From contig OZ241833.1 of the NCBI GenBank assembly GCA_965202585.1, forward strand, positions 44,206,001 through 44,270,000: a DNA stretch of 64,000 bases, given 5' to 3'. The notes beneath the pieces are model-generated. The model was given only the letters and a program-made list of their open reading frames with translations. It was not told the origin of the DNA and ran no database searches. The stretch comes from Thalia democratica. Lineage: Eukaryota. Position 1 is the stretch's first letter; the number at the start of each line of letters is the position of its first letter. A program made the translations under genes and the position numbers. This document shows, one piece after another, positions 47,887-60,830 of the stretch.

Positions 47887-50800
47887 TCATTTTCCCTTCT
47901 TAGCGTTCATCTGCAGCAGCCTGTCTGTTAGATAAATTAACTTTTAAAAATAGCAAGATTATATGAAAACACCGTTTTATTTGACTAACAAAGTTAATAT
48001 TGAAAAGTCCATCATTATTTATTTATGTGTTTAATTTGCAATAAAAAAATTTTATGTATGCAACTTAATAAGTACAAACAATATTGTTTAAGTCAAAACA
48101 TGCCTGGTAGTTAAATATAAAACAAATTTATAGAGTTTTATAGGTTTATAGGTTTAATTTATAGAGCTCTCTTTTTAGCAATATAAAAATAACTACAAGT
48201 ATAACTGAGAAAAATTGCATTGCATATTCTAAACAAAAGCAAGTTAAGTAATGAGAGAAAGTAACTTTTAACCTATCTTATGCTGCTGATTTATAAGACA
48301 ATTACTCAAAGAATTTTTTCAAAAGCTTGAAAGTATATTTTATTAGTTTTACTTTTATAATTCAGTGCTATTTAACAAGTACTTCTAAATACAGACAAGT
48401 TGTATCACATCATGTTTATCAAACATTAAATGAAATTGCCACTCAAATAGGTATAAATATTATCAGTGTGTCTTTTTAAGTGAAATTAAAAACAAATAAA
48501 AACATTTAAAGACATTTGAGTGAAACTGAAAAGTTGAACTGCTGTTTAAACTTTAAAACTATAAAACACTAAAAAAGAAATCATTAAAGCTTTAAAGAAA
48601 TAGATTTTTTTTAACAATGCCTTAAAGTTATCAATTTTAATTTAAATTTACTTGATTTTATCTAAGTCATAAGTTATAACTAAGAAAAAATAAGCTTAAA
48701 ACATTTTTACTTACAAATTGGTGTCAGGAAACTGTTTTTGCTTACTATTCTCCTGAACATCTTAACTTAAAAGTGGCAGTATAAACTAGTTGTATTTTGA
48801 AATTCAGCTTTTCAAGCAAAATAGCTTGTGCAAAACTAATCATATTGAAACATGATAAAACTGCACTTTGGAAAACTAGTTTTAAATTTTCTTATAGTAG
48901 CGTAGTACATACTTTTGATCTTTTAATCAAAATTGATTTAACTTTAGTAATGCAGCTACTTTAGTTTAACACTTATTGCTTCTTGATTTGAAATTTAAAT
49001 AAAAGATAAAGCTGTGTTTAGATTAGGCTCTACTGTAAACCTAAAAAAACAATTGATTTTTATTCTTATTGAATTTTTTTTTGTAAATTTACGAAAATAA
49101 CGTAACACTTTATGTTCTACATACCAGTCAAACCTTAAATGCGGACAGCAAAATAAAGGTCTGCGGCTCACGAAACTTTTAAACTGAAACCAGATTTTCA
49201 AACACTTTTTTTTAATGGTAAGAACTTACAAAAAGACTCTAACTTTAATAAATCGTAGTCACTTGTGCTTTTTTGTTGCTTAATTTGTCACACTCTTGGT
49301 TTCAAAAAAATAATTTTTTTTTAAATTAGTAAATCAACATGCAGAATTTCGCTCTAATATTTTTCTTTATAAAAAAACCTGCTTGCAATTTATAAAAGGT
49401 TGGCTACTTCTGGTTTAAATAGTTTTTGTATCAATCAATGTAAGATGAATATATTAGGGTTGGGTCGTTAAATAGTTAAGTTAAAAGAAATTGCTGAATA
49501 ATTAAGTGGAAACACAAATTCAAAAAAATCAACTGAAATTTTTGTTTCTCTTAATGTTAAATGCAACTAAGTAAAACAAAATTAGAACATTGCTAAACAT
49601 TGTTAACGCAACAAAATAAGTATTATTTGTTGTAACTAAGATAGTAAAAACTAATTTCATTTTTAATTCAAATAGTCTTTAGTGTTATCTAAACAACTCG
49701 GAACGTAAATGTTGAGTTTAAATTTTAGGTAGCCTTAATTTAAGTTTTCGTTATTAAGCTATTTTATTTTAAACTTATAAGTCTTACATTTATAAATTAA
49801 ACTGTTGTAATTTTTTACGTTTTATACTTAGCGTAATCATTTTTTAAGTTGCTTAAACTTTAAAGCATATACTCTTCGGATATGATAAGCTTTATTTTGA
49901 AAAATTAGAACTTGTATGTCGGATTTTTATTGTCAACAAGTACTTTGTTTTATGAATTTTGATATAACTATTGGTTAGGAAAAGTCATTTAATATTTCAA
50001 AATAAAGTTTAATAACTTTTCAACTACAACTTTCAAAGTGTTTATTTTTGACTATTTTTAAATTTAGACAAGATCAATGCTAGCAAAATAACTTTTTTTT
50101 TTGACTTTTAGTTTTAAAATATTCTTAAATGAACTTTTTTAAAAAATTTATAGTTATCTTGCGTTAGTTTTATACAAATTTGTTTTGAATAAGCACATAC
50201 AAAAGGCATTGTCTATCTAAATAATAAACTTTTAATTTTATAGTTGTGCATTTGTAATAACTAACACTCATTTGTATTCATTATCCTATAAAAACGTATT
50301 GATATTCCTTTTTGATAAATTTTCAAACCAAAGTTTTTTGTATGAAAAATTTAATGTTGTACATAATTGTTATCGAATACATGCGTACATTATTATAGTT
50401 TATTTAACGACAAAAATTACGCTCAAAATATTTTGTCCAAGGACCTGGTGCACGAAGAACCTTTCGGTCATCAAACCACGGACACCTTTTAACGTCTTGT
50501 TCAGGATAATAGGTACTAAACAGACTAAACAAAAATTAGTTTTAAGGCTGAAAAACTAAAGGTTTAATGCTAAGCTTGAGACAATTAGTTAGTTTTTTTA
50601 TTAGTTTCTAGAATTAAAATGTTTTCATTTTACTTATTTAGAAATTATAATATTAAAAAACTCATATTAACAAAAGCCTTAGGTTTGTCAACAAACCTTT
50701 AGTAGCATTGACAAATTGTTTTATACATATTTGTACAAACTAATCAAAGAAAAAACCTTATGACGTTTAGTACAAAATACTGTTTTTTTCCAAAAAAAAA

Positions 50801-53800
50801 AATAATTACAAAGCTTGAGTTAAACCATTTTTAAAACACCAGCTAGGCATAATCCATTTGCATGACTTTTCAGAAAGCTTTACAGCCGCGGTAAAACAAA
50901 ATGTCGTCCGGTCAAAAAATGGATATAAACATGGAGAAGAGCATGAAAAACAAGCTGAGGCAAAGGTACACGACGTAAAAGACCAAGTTGGCCTTCTTCG
51001 GGTAGAAGAACGCGAACAGGTCGAACGACACCAGGTGGCGCTGCAAGTTCCGATCGCACACCTTTCTCACCAGGGGAACCACCGCTCGTTCGTGGATGCC
51101 GGCGGCTATTTTCTCGCCCGCCGTCCGCGGCACTGTGAACCACAGCAGTTTCCTGGCGCTCTTCTCCTGCTGCTCGTACTTCCACTGCATCTTTTCCTGC
51201 TCCGTCTTCACTGACCAGCTGTACTTGTTGTACCAGACGAGCGTCGCCAAGGGCAACCAGATCACGCTCCTGCTGCTGGTGGTGGCGCCCGTCAGCGGAT
51301 GGAAAACGGCTTTGCTTTTCGGCGCAACGAAACTTTTGCGCAAAAACTGGTGCGCTATTCTGCTGATCATTTTATTTTATCTTCTGAAAAATAAAAAGAT
51401 TATTAGTTTTATTAAACGAACGCTTTTTCAAGAAACTTTATTTTGTTCAAAAAACATCTACAGTAATGTTAAAATGTTTGAAAGCTGCTAAATACAAAAA
51501 ATTTCTTACGACGACAAATTACAAATCTCAGTGGTTTTATCTACTTTAAAATAAACTAGTACTAAAAAATATTCTTAATCAAAATTAAACAAACAAAGAC
51601 AGAAGGATATATTCCTTATCGCTTTTATTAGCAAACTGATTTAGAATTCTACAGTAAGTTATTTTAACGGTTTGTACAAAATATCGGATAAAAAAATGCA
51701 ACATTTCATATAATTTTTTTATACTTAAGTAAAAAACTAGCTAGCTTTATAAAGGTATTTTAACACATAAATATAGAACATGATATTTTTCTTTGAAGAA
51801 GCAATATAAAGTTTTACTTAGTAGCTAATTTTTCTTATAATATACTGTATTTATTTTTAGCAGGGAAAACTTAATGATTTTCACTTATCATAATCGAGTT
51901 GCTTGAATGACATAGTAAAATGATAGTTAAATAAAGAAACTAAAAAATTATAAAAAACCAAGTATCAAAAAATCATTAAAAAAATGTGCTTTTGTAAAAT
52001 CAAATTTATAAATGGAATCTTTTTAAATTATAAACGCTATATTCTTTAAATTATTAAATATTAGCTGCACATTAACTTATTTTGTATAACTAAACAAGGG
52101 TGATACATACTAAAAATATATTACAGTAGAATTTCAGCAATATATAAAAATGTTAAGTATCATCTAATTTGTTAACTTATAAATTTTCATCTGAAAAACA
52201 GGGTTTTCAGTTTTTGGCAAAACCCTCATAATTTTAACTTATAATGGTACCTCAAACAACTTATAACCAACTGTTTTTTAGGTATTCAGTTCTTATTTGG
52301 ACTATTTATAACACAATGCTTGCACCATAAAAATAAGTTTCTAAAACTAACATTTATCATTTCAAATATCAAAGAAAAAAGAACAAGCATATCTACTAAC
52401 ATAATTAAAGCTTCTGAATAAAAAAGATTAGTAAATAGTCTAAAATTCCATTTTGTCAAGGGCACATACTCTAGAAAAGGTTGCTTTTAATCAGGACATA
52501 AAAAATATTTAAAAAAATCTTCTTTACTTGAACAAAATCATATTTTTTACAAAGTATTTATAATAAATGATTTTAAAAACTTCACAGTAGAAAACAAATA
52601 ATTTTCTTCATAACAACCAAACCTTTAGTTTCTTTTTCTTTTAGTATTGTATACCTTTTAAAAATCTAACTTGAATTATTCATAGATGCTTTATTTCCTA
52701 GGTTTATTTTAAAATTTGTATTTTATATTGGAGATGAATGCATTTAAAACAGGTGTAATTTAAAAAAAAAAACACACTTGTTATGATCTAATGTTACCTT
52801 TACTTGAATTTAGTTAAATCAAGTTGTTTAGTTCATTTTAAAGAAAACAACATCTTTGAGTTTTATTTTATTTAGAATAGTATACTTACAAGATTTGCTA
52901 TGTTTAAGTGAAAGTTTATTTCTAGTTGTGTATTTAGAATTTTCAAATATTTTGAAGTTGGAATTTGAAATTTAGGAAATCGTACTTTTGCAAGCTTAAT
53001 CAATTATAAAACTCTAGAACTGAAAGTTTTGTACAAATGAAAAAAACTTTATAACTTTAAAGACCAGTTCTCTTTTTTAATTTTGTTGTTTTTTAAAGTT
53101 AAATTTAAGTAGTCTTACTTAATACTTAAATATTATTACGACTATTAAAAAATTTAGTAGTGTTTTAAATAACCGGTTGATTTTTGTATTTATTTTTTCC
53201 TAGCGTGACTTTCTTAACTGTTAATTTTTCATCTAATTAAAATACTTTTTGGCGATATTGCAAAGGAAAAAATAAAATTTCAAGGTTAGCATTAAGGAAT
53301 CAATAAAAACTTCTTTGTACGTATTTTTTAAATCTGATAACAGTTTAATTATTATAGTATCTTAAAAACACTTTTACTCTAAAATTTTTCTTTATCATTG
53401 GTACATTGCCAAAAGTTTTTGTTTTTAAATTTAATATTTAGAATTAAAATATTCTAAGCACTCACAGCAATAGTAAATGGGGTTTATAATGAAAAAAATC
53501 TTTTGGTCATCAAGCTGCACACCATTTGCTTGTAAGTACTGTTTTGAGTTAGCTTAGTGTTAATACAATAAATAATAAAATGACAACATAATTGAGATTG
53601 AAAATGGTTACATTAAGAAAATGTACAAGGTTTTCATGTGACTCAATGACAATGTTTCTATCTGTAAAAAAGACATATTTGTTATGACCTAATGTAGGGT
53701 TTTCCAAAGCGGGCCAAGAGGCCTCCTTGGTGGACATGAAATAAATTTAGCGTGGCCATCAATAGAAAAGAGGCTAGTGGAGGGCATCAGGTCATAATGT

Positions 53801-56800
53801 GAAACTTACACTAGATAATCTAAGGTTAATGATGAAGAACAAAAAAAAGTCTTAGGCGTTTTTAATGGTAGCTTTGAAACTTATACTTAATATTTATGGA
53901 GTTGATGATGAACATAAAAAAAAAAAACTTTAAGGCGTTTTTAATGGTAGTTTTTTGAGAAATATCGTCGGAAAGGACAATAGCTTTTTAATCTATTTAA
54001 TTAGGGCTTTTAAAATAAAATTTGGGAAACCCTGACTTAATGTTACCAATACTTAAGTTAAGTTAAAACCTGGACTATTGAGCTCATTTTAAACTAAACA
54101 AAAAAGTGTAAGTGACTAAACTTTCTTTTGTGTTGGTTTGAAATAATTTTTTTAAATAAAATCAAAATTAATATTTGCTTAATTTTCACTATAGTATTTC
54201 TATGCTCAATAAAAATCTAGCAATTAAAATTATTTTAGCAGTTTCTAGTGGACATGTGACACTGAAAAATTGAAAACAAGTAATTAAATAAAATTGTATA
54301 ATAAAATTCTGGAAGGTGGTTAATATTACCGAAATTAGACTTGTACAAGTATATAAAGAATATATATATTTATATATTTTTTATTTATAAACTAACTTAT
54401 ATTTTGAGCTTTGAAACTGTATCGGATTTTTCTAATAGGTAAGCATTTTTTTATTGAGCATAGTTATACTGTAGTAGATAATGTGTATAAAAAAAATTAT
54501 TTGAAAAAATATGATTTGAAGTAATATATAGAAAAAAGTGCATAAAGTAGAATATTAAATATTTTGTATGAGTGTAATTTAAATTATGTAAACCTTATGT
54601 TCTAATAAAAATAAACATCATAACAATTTATCCAGTTCTTTTATTTATATTTGCACTTGCTTTTGTTGTAGAACAGTTTCCTCTTATATAAAAACAATCG
54701 TAACAGTTATCAATAATAATATTAAAATAAGTTAAAAAAAAAAACTAGTCTATCTATTATCACATAACAAAAATCCTAAATTATTTCTTTAACATACTTA
54801 TGAATGCACAATCTTACAAGATGTTAAGTACATCTAAACTAATACCACATTTCTACTTAACAGTTTTACAGTGAAATAACAACGGTACAAAAAAAAATTT
54901 TTTGACACCATTAAATATTTTTAAAATAAATATTTCTTTCAAAAAAAATTTTTTACATTTTTGTGCCTAATTTTTTTTCGTGTATTGTTTTTTTTTTTTT
55001 GAAAAATGTTTTAATTCAGAGTTTTCCTTGACTATGACCTTTATTTACAAAGTACAGCTGTTCAGCATTCAAAAACATGTTGTTGAACATTCAAAAATCA
55101 GGCTTTAAAAAACCATAAGGCACAGTTCTGTCGTCGTTTTAACAACCCATAAAGTATTTTTGTCAGTTGTTACTGTACTTTTGTGGTACTTGTTTTTTTA
55201 CCCGTCTTGGCAACTGAAACATACTAGAAATAATTTAAAATTTTGAGCAATTTTTCTAAAGGTGAAATGTAAAAACAGGAAACCCTTCTGGGTACGTGAA
55301 CCTAAACTACTTACTTTCATGACATCTATCTTAAAAATACACGAAGCAAATTTAAATTACTTCGTTTAGTATGTAATGGACAATCTGTATTTATATATAA
55401 CTTTTCATTTCTGGCTAAAAATACTTGTATTGATGTAGAATTTTTAGTATATCTTTATTTTACGAGTAGGTGTCCAATATGCACGAAAACGCTTTTGCAC
55501 AAATACATTATTGCGCGAAGGGTCACTTTTGCAAGTGTTGAAATTTTTTTTATTAACTTTAACTATTTATTTTTCTACTGTCACTATTACCCTACCCTCG
55601 ATTGGTATTTTTTTTTATTTACATAATATTTATATTTCCTTGCATTTTTTGATATAAAATATTTTTACAGGTTCATATATACTTTCTATCACTGTTACCC
55701 TCCTAACCTTAACTTGGTTGGTATTTTTTTTTACATAGTTTTTTATTTTCATTTTTTCTTGTTTTTTTTTAATGTTTTTTTTCTTTAAAATTTCAATTTT
55801 TACTATTACGGTTACCCGTAACCCTTACCCTCGGTCGGTAACATTTTATAATCAACTATTTTATTACTCTCGTGCAAAAATTACCCTTCGTGCTAAAGTG
55901 ACTTTTGTCCTAAAGTGACCCTTCGTGCAAAAATGTATTCGTGCATATTTTACTAACACACGTACAGAACAAAAATATTTATTTTTTAACGATAGTTTTG
56001 AAAGTAACTTAAGCAGTATTATGAGTAAAATAAAAATTTCGTGGATTTTTTTAAAGTATATATTATTTCATTTATTTATACTTTTATAGCAACTAAGATA
56101 AAGACACAAAATATCACAAAGGAAAACCTAAAGGACGGTTTGAGAAACTTAAATATTGTAATACTGTTTTTTAAACTTGAATTTTGTTTTTTCGTAGTTT
56201 CATAATCTTAACAGCTAAAGAGGACAATATTTTTATAGATAATAGTCAGCTTATGGTTCATTACCTCATTTATATATTTTACTTATATACTACTTTGGGT
56301 ACCCAAAACATACACTCAAATTAATAAAAAACAGCTTAATTTTTTTGGGTGGGTGTCACTTTTGCAATGTTTCAATACATAAAATGCCTATATAAATATT
56401 TATTAGTTAACTAATACGATTAGTTTTTAAAAAAACTTTACAGTTTATAACTTATTGTACAACTTTATTTTAGTATTAGTTTTTAAATCTCTTAACCTAA
56501 CTGCTATAAAGATTTTGGAGTATTTTTGTTGACTTTAGTATTGTAATTGGTTTATTAATAAAACTATTTCAATCATGTTACAGTACAGTTGTATACATAA
56601 CACTAAAGTTAAAGTGTATAAGATCTTTTATAAAAACTCAAAATTTTTCGAATTTGAAAAAAATCTGATTCAGTGGGTTTCTATAAAGGAAGAAACAATC
56701 TTGAACTATTAATTTTCAAAAAGTTTTATTGAGTTCAACAGTTCTTAAAAACTTCAATGCATCACGTGCTTTAAGTTAAGATATCCAACTAATAATTTTT

Positions 56801-59800
56801 GTTTTGACTATATAAAAAAAGGCTTTTGATTTTATACTTTATTTCGCTTTAACTTTATGTCGTACAGTCATTAATTTAAGTTGTGTGAATTTCATCTAGC
56901 TTAACAAGGTAACCACGTAGCTTAAAAACTACTTTATTTATTTAGTTAACAGTTTTTTATCACTTGTTTTTCAGATAATTTGTTTATTCTTGGATCATTA
57001 TCATAAAAAGGTTTTGCTCGATGGTTCGTTTACAAATTGTTAGCATTTTAAATTAAAAAACATAACTGTTATACTACTATGGTGCACTAAGCTCATTTTT
57101 CAATGTTATTTACCTTATATCACTGAGCTCCTTTTGAGTCTTAATTCTTATGGAGTTCTTACGTTATACCTGTTTGTGACATAGTTTACTTGCACTTTCT
57201 ATATTAGAATAATATATCAAACAAACCTAACTGTCCATTTACTAAAGTAAAAACTAGCACAGATCTGTTAAAAATGTAACATGCGTTTGTTAAATTTTAA
57301 ACTTTTTTAAATGGCAATAGCCTCTTCTACGACGTATAATAATTGAGAAATTAATTAAAAAACTCATGCCTTTGCTACCTGAGATATTACAACTTTTAAT
57401 AAACTTGTGTAATTTATATATTTTGCTAATGGAAAAAACTTTTAACTTTGATAAGTGCAATTATAAATGAGAAATATTAATTTTTAATAAAAAGAGTTTA
57501 CTCTTAAAAAAGTATTAATATTTTAAATTCAAAAACTAATAATTTGAATAATTAATTTCAGAATACATAAAATACAGTTAAAATGAATATTCTTAAAATA
57601 TTAGTCAGCTCAATGCATTGTTAATATACCATGGATTTGTAAAAAATATGGCTAAAAAATGTAATTAATTTGTCAGTAGTTATAATAAATAGTGGATTAA
57701 AAACATATATTATTAAAATACTGTAAGTTTAGTGCAGAACTTGTTAAAAAGTGGCTTGAATAGTAGTATAATAAATTGAATTAAAAAAAATCCATAAAAA
57801 ATCAAAATCAAAACTTACAGTTTTTATTAATTTCAGGTTTTATAATAAGACACTTGATTTAAAATAAAATTAAAATTTGCATTCGTATTATATCCAATAA
57901 AAAACACCACAAAAAATCACGAAATCCAGCAAAAATTGAATAAATTGCAATAAAACACACCAAAGTTAGAAAGAAAATGGCAAAATGTTAGGTAGATTGA
58001 AAACTGTGTAGAATAGTGATACTTTTTGTTTCTTCTTTTATTAGCTTCAACCAACCATGAAATATATGAGACTGAAAAATAAGTTATTTGTTTAACTATA
58101 AGGTGAGGAAAAACTTTATAGAATAAAGTTTACAAAAAAATTAAATTACAAAATAATTTTTTACTAATAAAATTAGAAGTTACAGTAACGTTTTCTAAAA
58201 TATGTTTATCATGTCTTTCTAATTTCTAAATAAAAAAAAAAAACTTAAGTTTATTTTTGTTTTGTAACAACGAGCTTTTAAACCTTTATTAAGAAAACAA
58301 ATAATAAAATCTTTAAAATTAAAACACTAAAGTGTAATGTATATATGTCAAGTAGTTTAATTTCAAAAATTTTTTATTTCAAAACAAAACGTTTATGTAC
58401 ACTACCTAATTAATGCTTATATACAAACTAGTAGCATTTAAAAAACTACGTAGCATAATTAAAGTTCAATATCAATTTAGAGATAACTTTGAATAAAAAA
58501 AAAATATTAAATTACTATCTTTTATAGTGACAAAAACTTTATTAATATGGTATTAAACTTTAAAGTATAAAAATATTAAACGAAACTAGTTTTAAAAATT
58601 ATAAAGTTTTACAACAGAAAAACGATACTACGCTTTTTAAGTTATCCATTATGCTATAAAAATAAAAGCATTTATACTTGGATAAATCATCTTTTATAGA
58701 ATGTAGATTTTAGCACTATATTAAAATATTCTTTTGTTAAGAAAATTCAAACTTTGTTAAATATTTTGTTTTTTACACATAAATGCCAGTGTTATTTCAA
58801 TTTTAGCCTAATTTTATTAATATAGCCTAATTTTATTATATATAAAACTTACAAACTTTATTCAACTGATGATCTCGTTTTATTTGTTTTAGACGAGTGA
58901 AACATCGTTTGTTAATAAAATTTAAAAACTTGAATTATCTTAGTTAAATAGACTAAAACCCATTAGCCATAATAAAAAGTTTAATAAAGTAATAAACCAA
59001 CTAGTTCTTTAAAATAACTCTTTACATAGTTTATATTAGTTATTTTTGAGAGTTATAAAAATTAAAAACAAATAAAAAATTGAGGATGTGTAAACAACTT
59101 CAATTTAATATACTTCCTTAGTTTAAAATAATGTTATCAGAAATGGCGAAAGTTTACGAACAACTAAACAGCAACTATATTTAATTTTTCAAGTGGTATA
59201 TGCCACACACAATCCTATTTAAGTTAAAGTTTCTTAAAACCAAAAATATTTGATAAATTTTATACATATATACACCATAATATTTTAAATACATAAAACT
59301 TTCACAACAACTACAAATGATTACAAAAAACATACTTAAATTTACAGTTTATATAATAGGAATAATTACCATACTATACTCAACTTTAAATATTGAAAAA
59401 AAGAGTTAATATAACCTGTAGCTTTCATGTTAGTTAGAAATATCTTAACTTGATACACAACTTTGAAAGTTTGCTTTTATATATAAAACTTATTAAACAA
59501 AAAATATTATAAACTACTTGTAAATATTACTTAACATCATTCCTAAATGGTAAGAAACTTTAAGTATTTTCTTAATATTTAGTAGATATATTTATAAAAA
59601 ATAAATAAAACCACTTGTAAACATTATAAGGAACGTTTCTACACAATTTTAAAGCTTTAATCTAAATAAAAAATATTAATAATTTAACCTGCACATATTT
59701 GTTAGGCACATTCTAACACGATATACAACTTATATATTTGCTTTTTCATAAAAAAAACTAAACAAAAAAGTCAATAAACTGCCTGCACATGTTACTTAAG

Positions 59801-60262
59801 AATATTCCAAAGTTATAAACAAAACTTGAATGTTTTAATAAAACAATAAAATATTTATTAATAAATAATGTTAGAAAGATATAAACCTACCTGGCAAATA
59901 GCTTTACAAGTATTATTAAATATTAAATCAATTACATATTAGTACAACTACCTGTACATATTTGAAATAAATATTTCTAACATGATAAACAACTTTAAAT
60001 ATTTAAATAAAATACTTATTAATCAAATACCTGTACATATTAGTAAGGAACATGGCTACATGATAAACAACTTTGAATGTTTGTTCTTTCTTTATTAATA
60101 AATAAAATGAAATAAACAAAATAACCTGTACATATTAGTGAGGAACATGGCTACATGATAAACAACTTTGAATGTTTGCTCCTTCATGTAAAACTTCAAC
60201 TTTCCCCTGTTGTGTATTTCTGTTGGGTCGTACAGACCAATGCTACCAGCGCTCTTTGACAT
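47887..60262 (-). CDS. ORF1: spliced protein of about 134 aa (MSKSAGSIGLYDPTEIH...MTERFFVHQVLGQ...RRPLFCCPHLRFDW...LLQMNAKKGK*), unknown function
   Basis: Exons 60262-60126 (ends phase 2), 50877-50840 (or 50865-50840; ends phase 1), 50515-50421 (ends phase 0), 49183-49125 (phase 2), 48752-48715 (phase 1), 47924-47887. All GT-AG and frame-consistent. The last four are well supported; the link to the first two is less certain and extra exons may exist. Confidence 0.55.
48715..48752 (-). CDS. ORF1 internal exon (RIVSKNSFLTPI)
   Basis: Acceptor ATGTTCAG, donor GTAAGT, phases fit both neighbours. Confidence 0.65.
49125..49183 (-). CDS. ORF1 internal exon (FKSFVSRRPLFCCPHLRFD)
   Basis: Acceptor GGTTTCAG, donor GTATGT, phase 0 to 2. 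Confidence 0.7.
50421..50515 (-). CDS. ORF1 internal exon (PIILNKTLKGVRGLMTERFFVHQVLGQNILS)
   Basis: Acceptor CTGTTTAG, donor GTAATT; this frame has 18/31 G/C-ending codons and fits the downstream phases. Confidence 0.7.
50912..51370 (-). CDS. ORF2: 152-aa protein, basic Ser/Arg-rich N-terminus (possible mitochondrial presequence) and hydrophobic C-terminal helix
   Basis: Strongly G/C-ending codons throughout. Acceptor TTTTTCAG at 51385-51384 with an in-frame TAA between acceptor and ATG, so the ATG is a true start. No family recognised. Confidence 0.75.
   Translation of the reverse strand: MISRIAHQFLRKSFVAPKSKAVFHPLTGATTSSRSVIWLPLATLVWYNKYSWSVKTEQEKMQWKYEQQEKSARKLLWFTVPRTAGEKIAAGIHERAVVPLVRKVCDRNLQRHLVSFDLFAFFYPKKANLVFYVVYLCLSLFFMLFSMFISIF
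53695..54034. mobile_element. hAT-type MITE, family of 9473-9713
   Basis: TIR TAGGGTTTTCCAAA/TTTGGGAAACCCTG; TSD ACCTAATG/ACTTAATG (1 mismatch); internal partial duplication. Confidence 0.82.
55470..55960. mobile_element. Inverted-repeat non-autonomous element with TGCACGAA/GCAAAAGTGAC arms and internal TTACCC/TAACCC units
   Basis: Left AATATGCACGAAAAC...GAAGGGTCACTTTTGCA mirrors right AAAGTGACCCTTCGTGCAAAAATGTATTCGTGCATATT; three internal blocks ...TTACCC...CTCG(A/G)TTGGTA. Confidence 0.65.
59410..60180 (-). repeat. Degenerate tandem array of the 3' end and donor of ORF1 exon 1
   Basis: Forward-strand ACCTG(T/C)ACAT(A/G)T...ACATGATAAACAACTTT units at 60124, 60029, 59950, 59889, 59781, 59687, 59414; similarity decays away from the exon. 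Confidence 0.75.
60126..60262 (-). CDS. First coding exon of ORF1 (MSKSAGSIGLYDPTEIHNRGKLKFYMKEQTFKVVYHVAMFLTNMY)
   Basis: Acceptor TTCTCAG 4 nt upstream of ATG, G/C-ending codons, donor AG|GTTATT. Confidence 0.6.
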
Positions 60263-60594
60263 TATCCTGAGAAAATATTTAAATAATATTAAATTTCTGT
60301 GAAAATATAAGATGCGCAATCAAGTATAAATGTTTGTATGCTGACGGAACTTTATTCTGATGAATTTTTAGTTTGCAAAACTGAGTACAACTACTCTAGA
60401 AAAATTCATATTTTAAAGTTTATTTAGTTATTTGAACACCTGTTAACAGTCTTTATCAAAAGTTAGTTTTGGAAACATTTGAAAAGATTTTCAACAGTGA
60501 TAGAAAACATATCAAAATTTTAGACAAATTACTACTTTTTTATCAATGCCCCTTAACTTGTAAGGGCTAAAAATAAAGCCGCTCTTCCGAGTGT

Positions 60595-60830
60595 ATACAG
60601 GCACGTCTACATTTATTATAATTTAGTGAACTATTATGTATTTTGTGAGAGCAAAAAATTTTGAAAATTCATTTGTTACGTCACAGACAGATTCAAGTGC
60701 ATCGATGAGACTCACTTGTGAGAAAATTCTTTTAGTTACAACAATTGTATAATGAGTTTAAACACTTGAACCAAGTTTCAAAAGAAACAAAAACTGTTTA
60801 CTAGACAGAAAGCGTTGTTTGATTCGTCAA
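60595..60830 (+). repeat. Dispersed repeat, homologous to 61870-62070
   Basis: Shared GTATT(T/G)TGTGAG, TTTGAAAA(T/C)TCA(T/A)TTGTT(A/G)CGTCA and TTTAAACACTTGAACC..TTTC.AAAGAAA blocks. Confidence 0.6.

Noticed and set aside
47887-50914. TGA reassigned to Trp or Sec (…SIF-TGA-PDDILFYRGCKAF-TGA; TGCCR-TGA-TLRREN…)
   Set aside because: MCM7 ends at TGA exactly at the conserved C-terminus, the spliced ORF1 frame explains the last exon better, and no SECIS was identified.
50858-51491. ORF-track ORFs 50858-51214 (+), 51096-51491 (+) and 50880-51185 (-)
   Set aside because: Shadow or alternative frames of the GC3-rich 152-aa ORF.
55580-55835. TAACCC/TTACCC motifs suggesting telomeric repeat
   Set aside because: Scattered single units inside an inverted-repeat element, not a tandem array.
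57114-57169. Exon-like 56-nt segment on the minus strand (AAACAG acceptor, GTAAAT donor) inside the ORF1 intron
   Set aside because: Stops in all three frames; at most a non-coding or poison exon, unsupported without RNA data.
59886-59895. CCTACCTGGC resembling the U1 snRNA 5' end
   Set aside because: It is the reverse complement of a duplicated donor in the tandem array; no U1 body follows.
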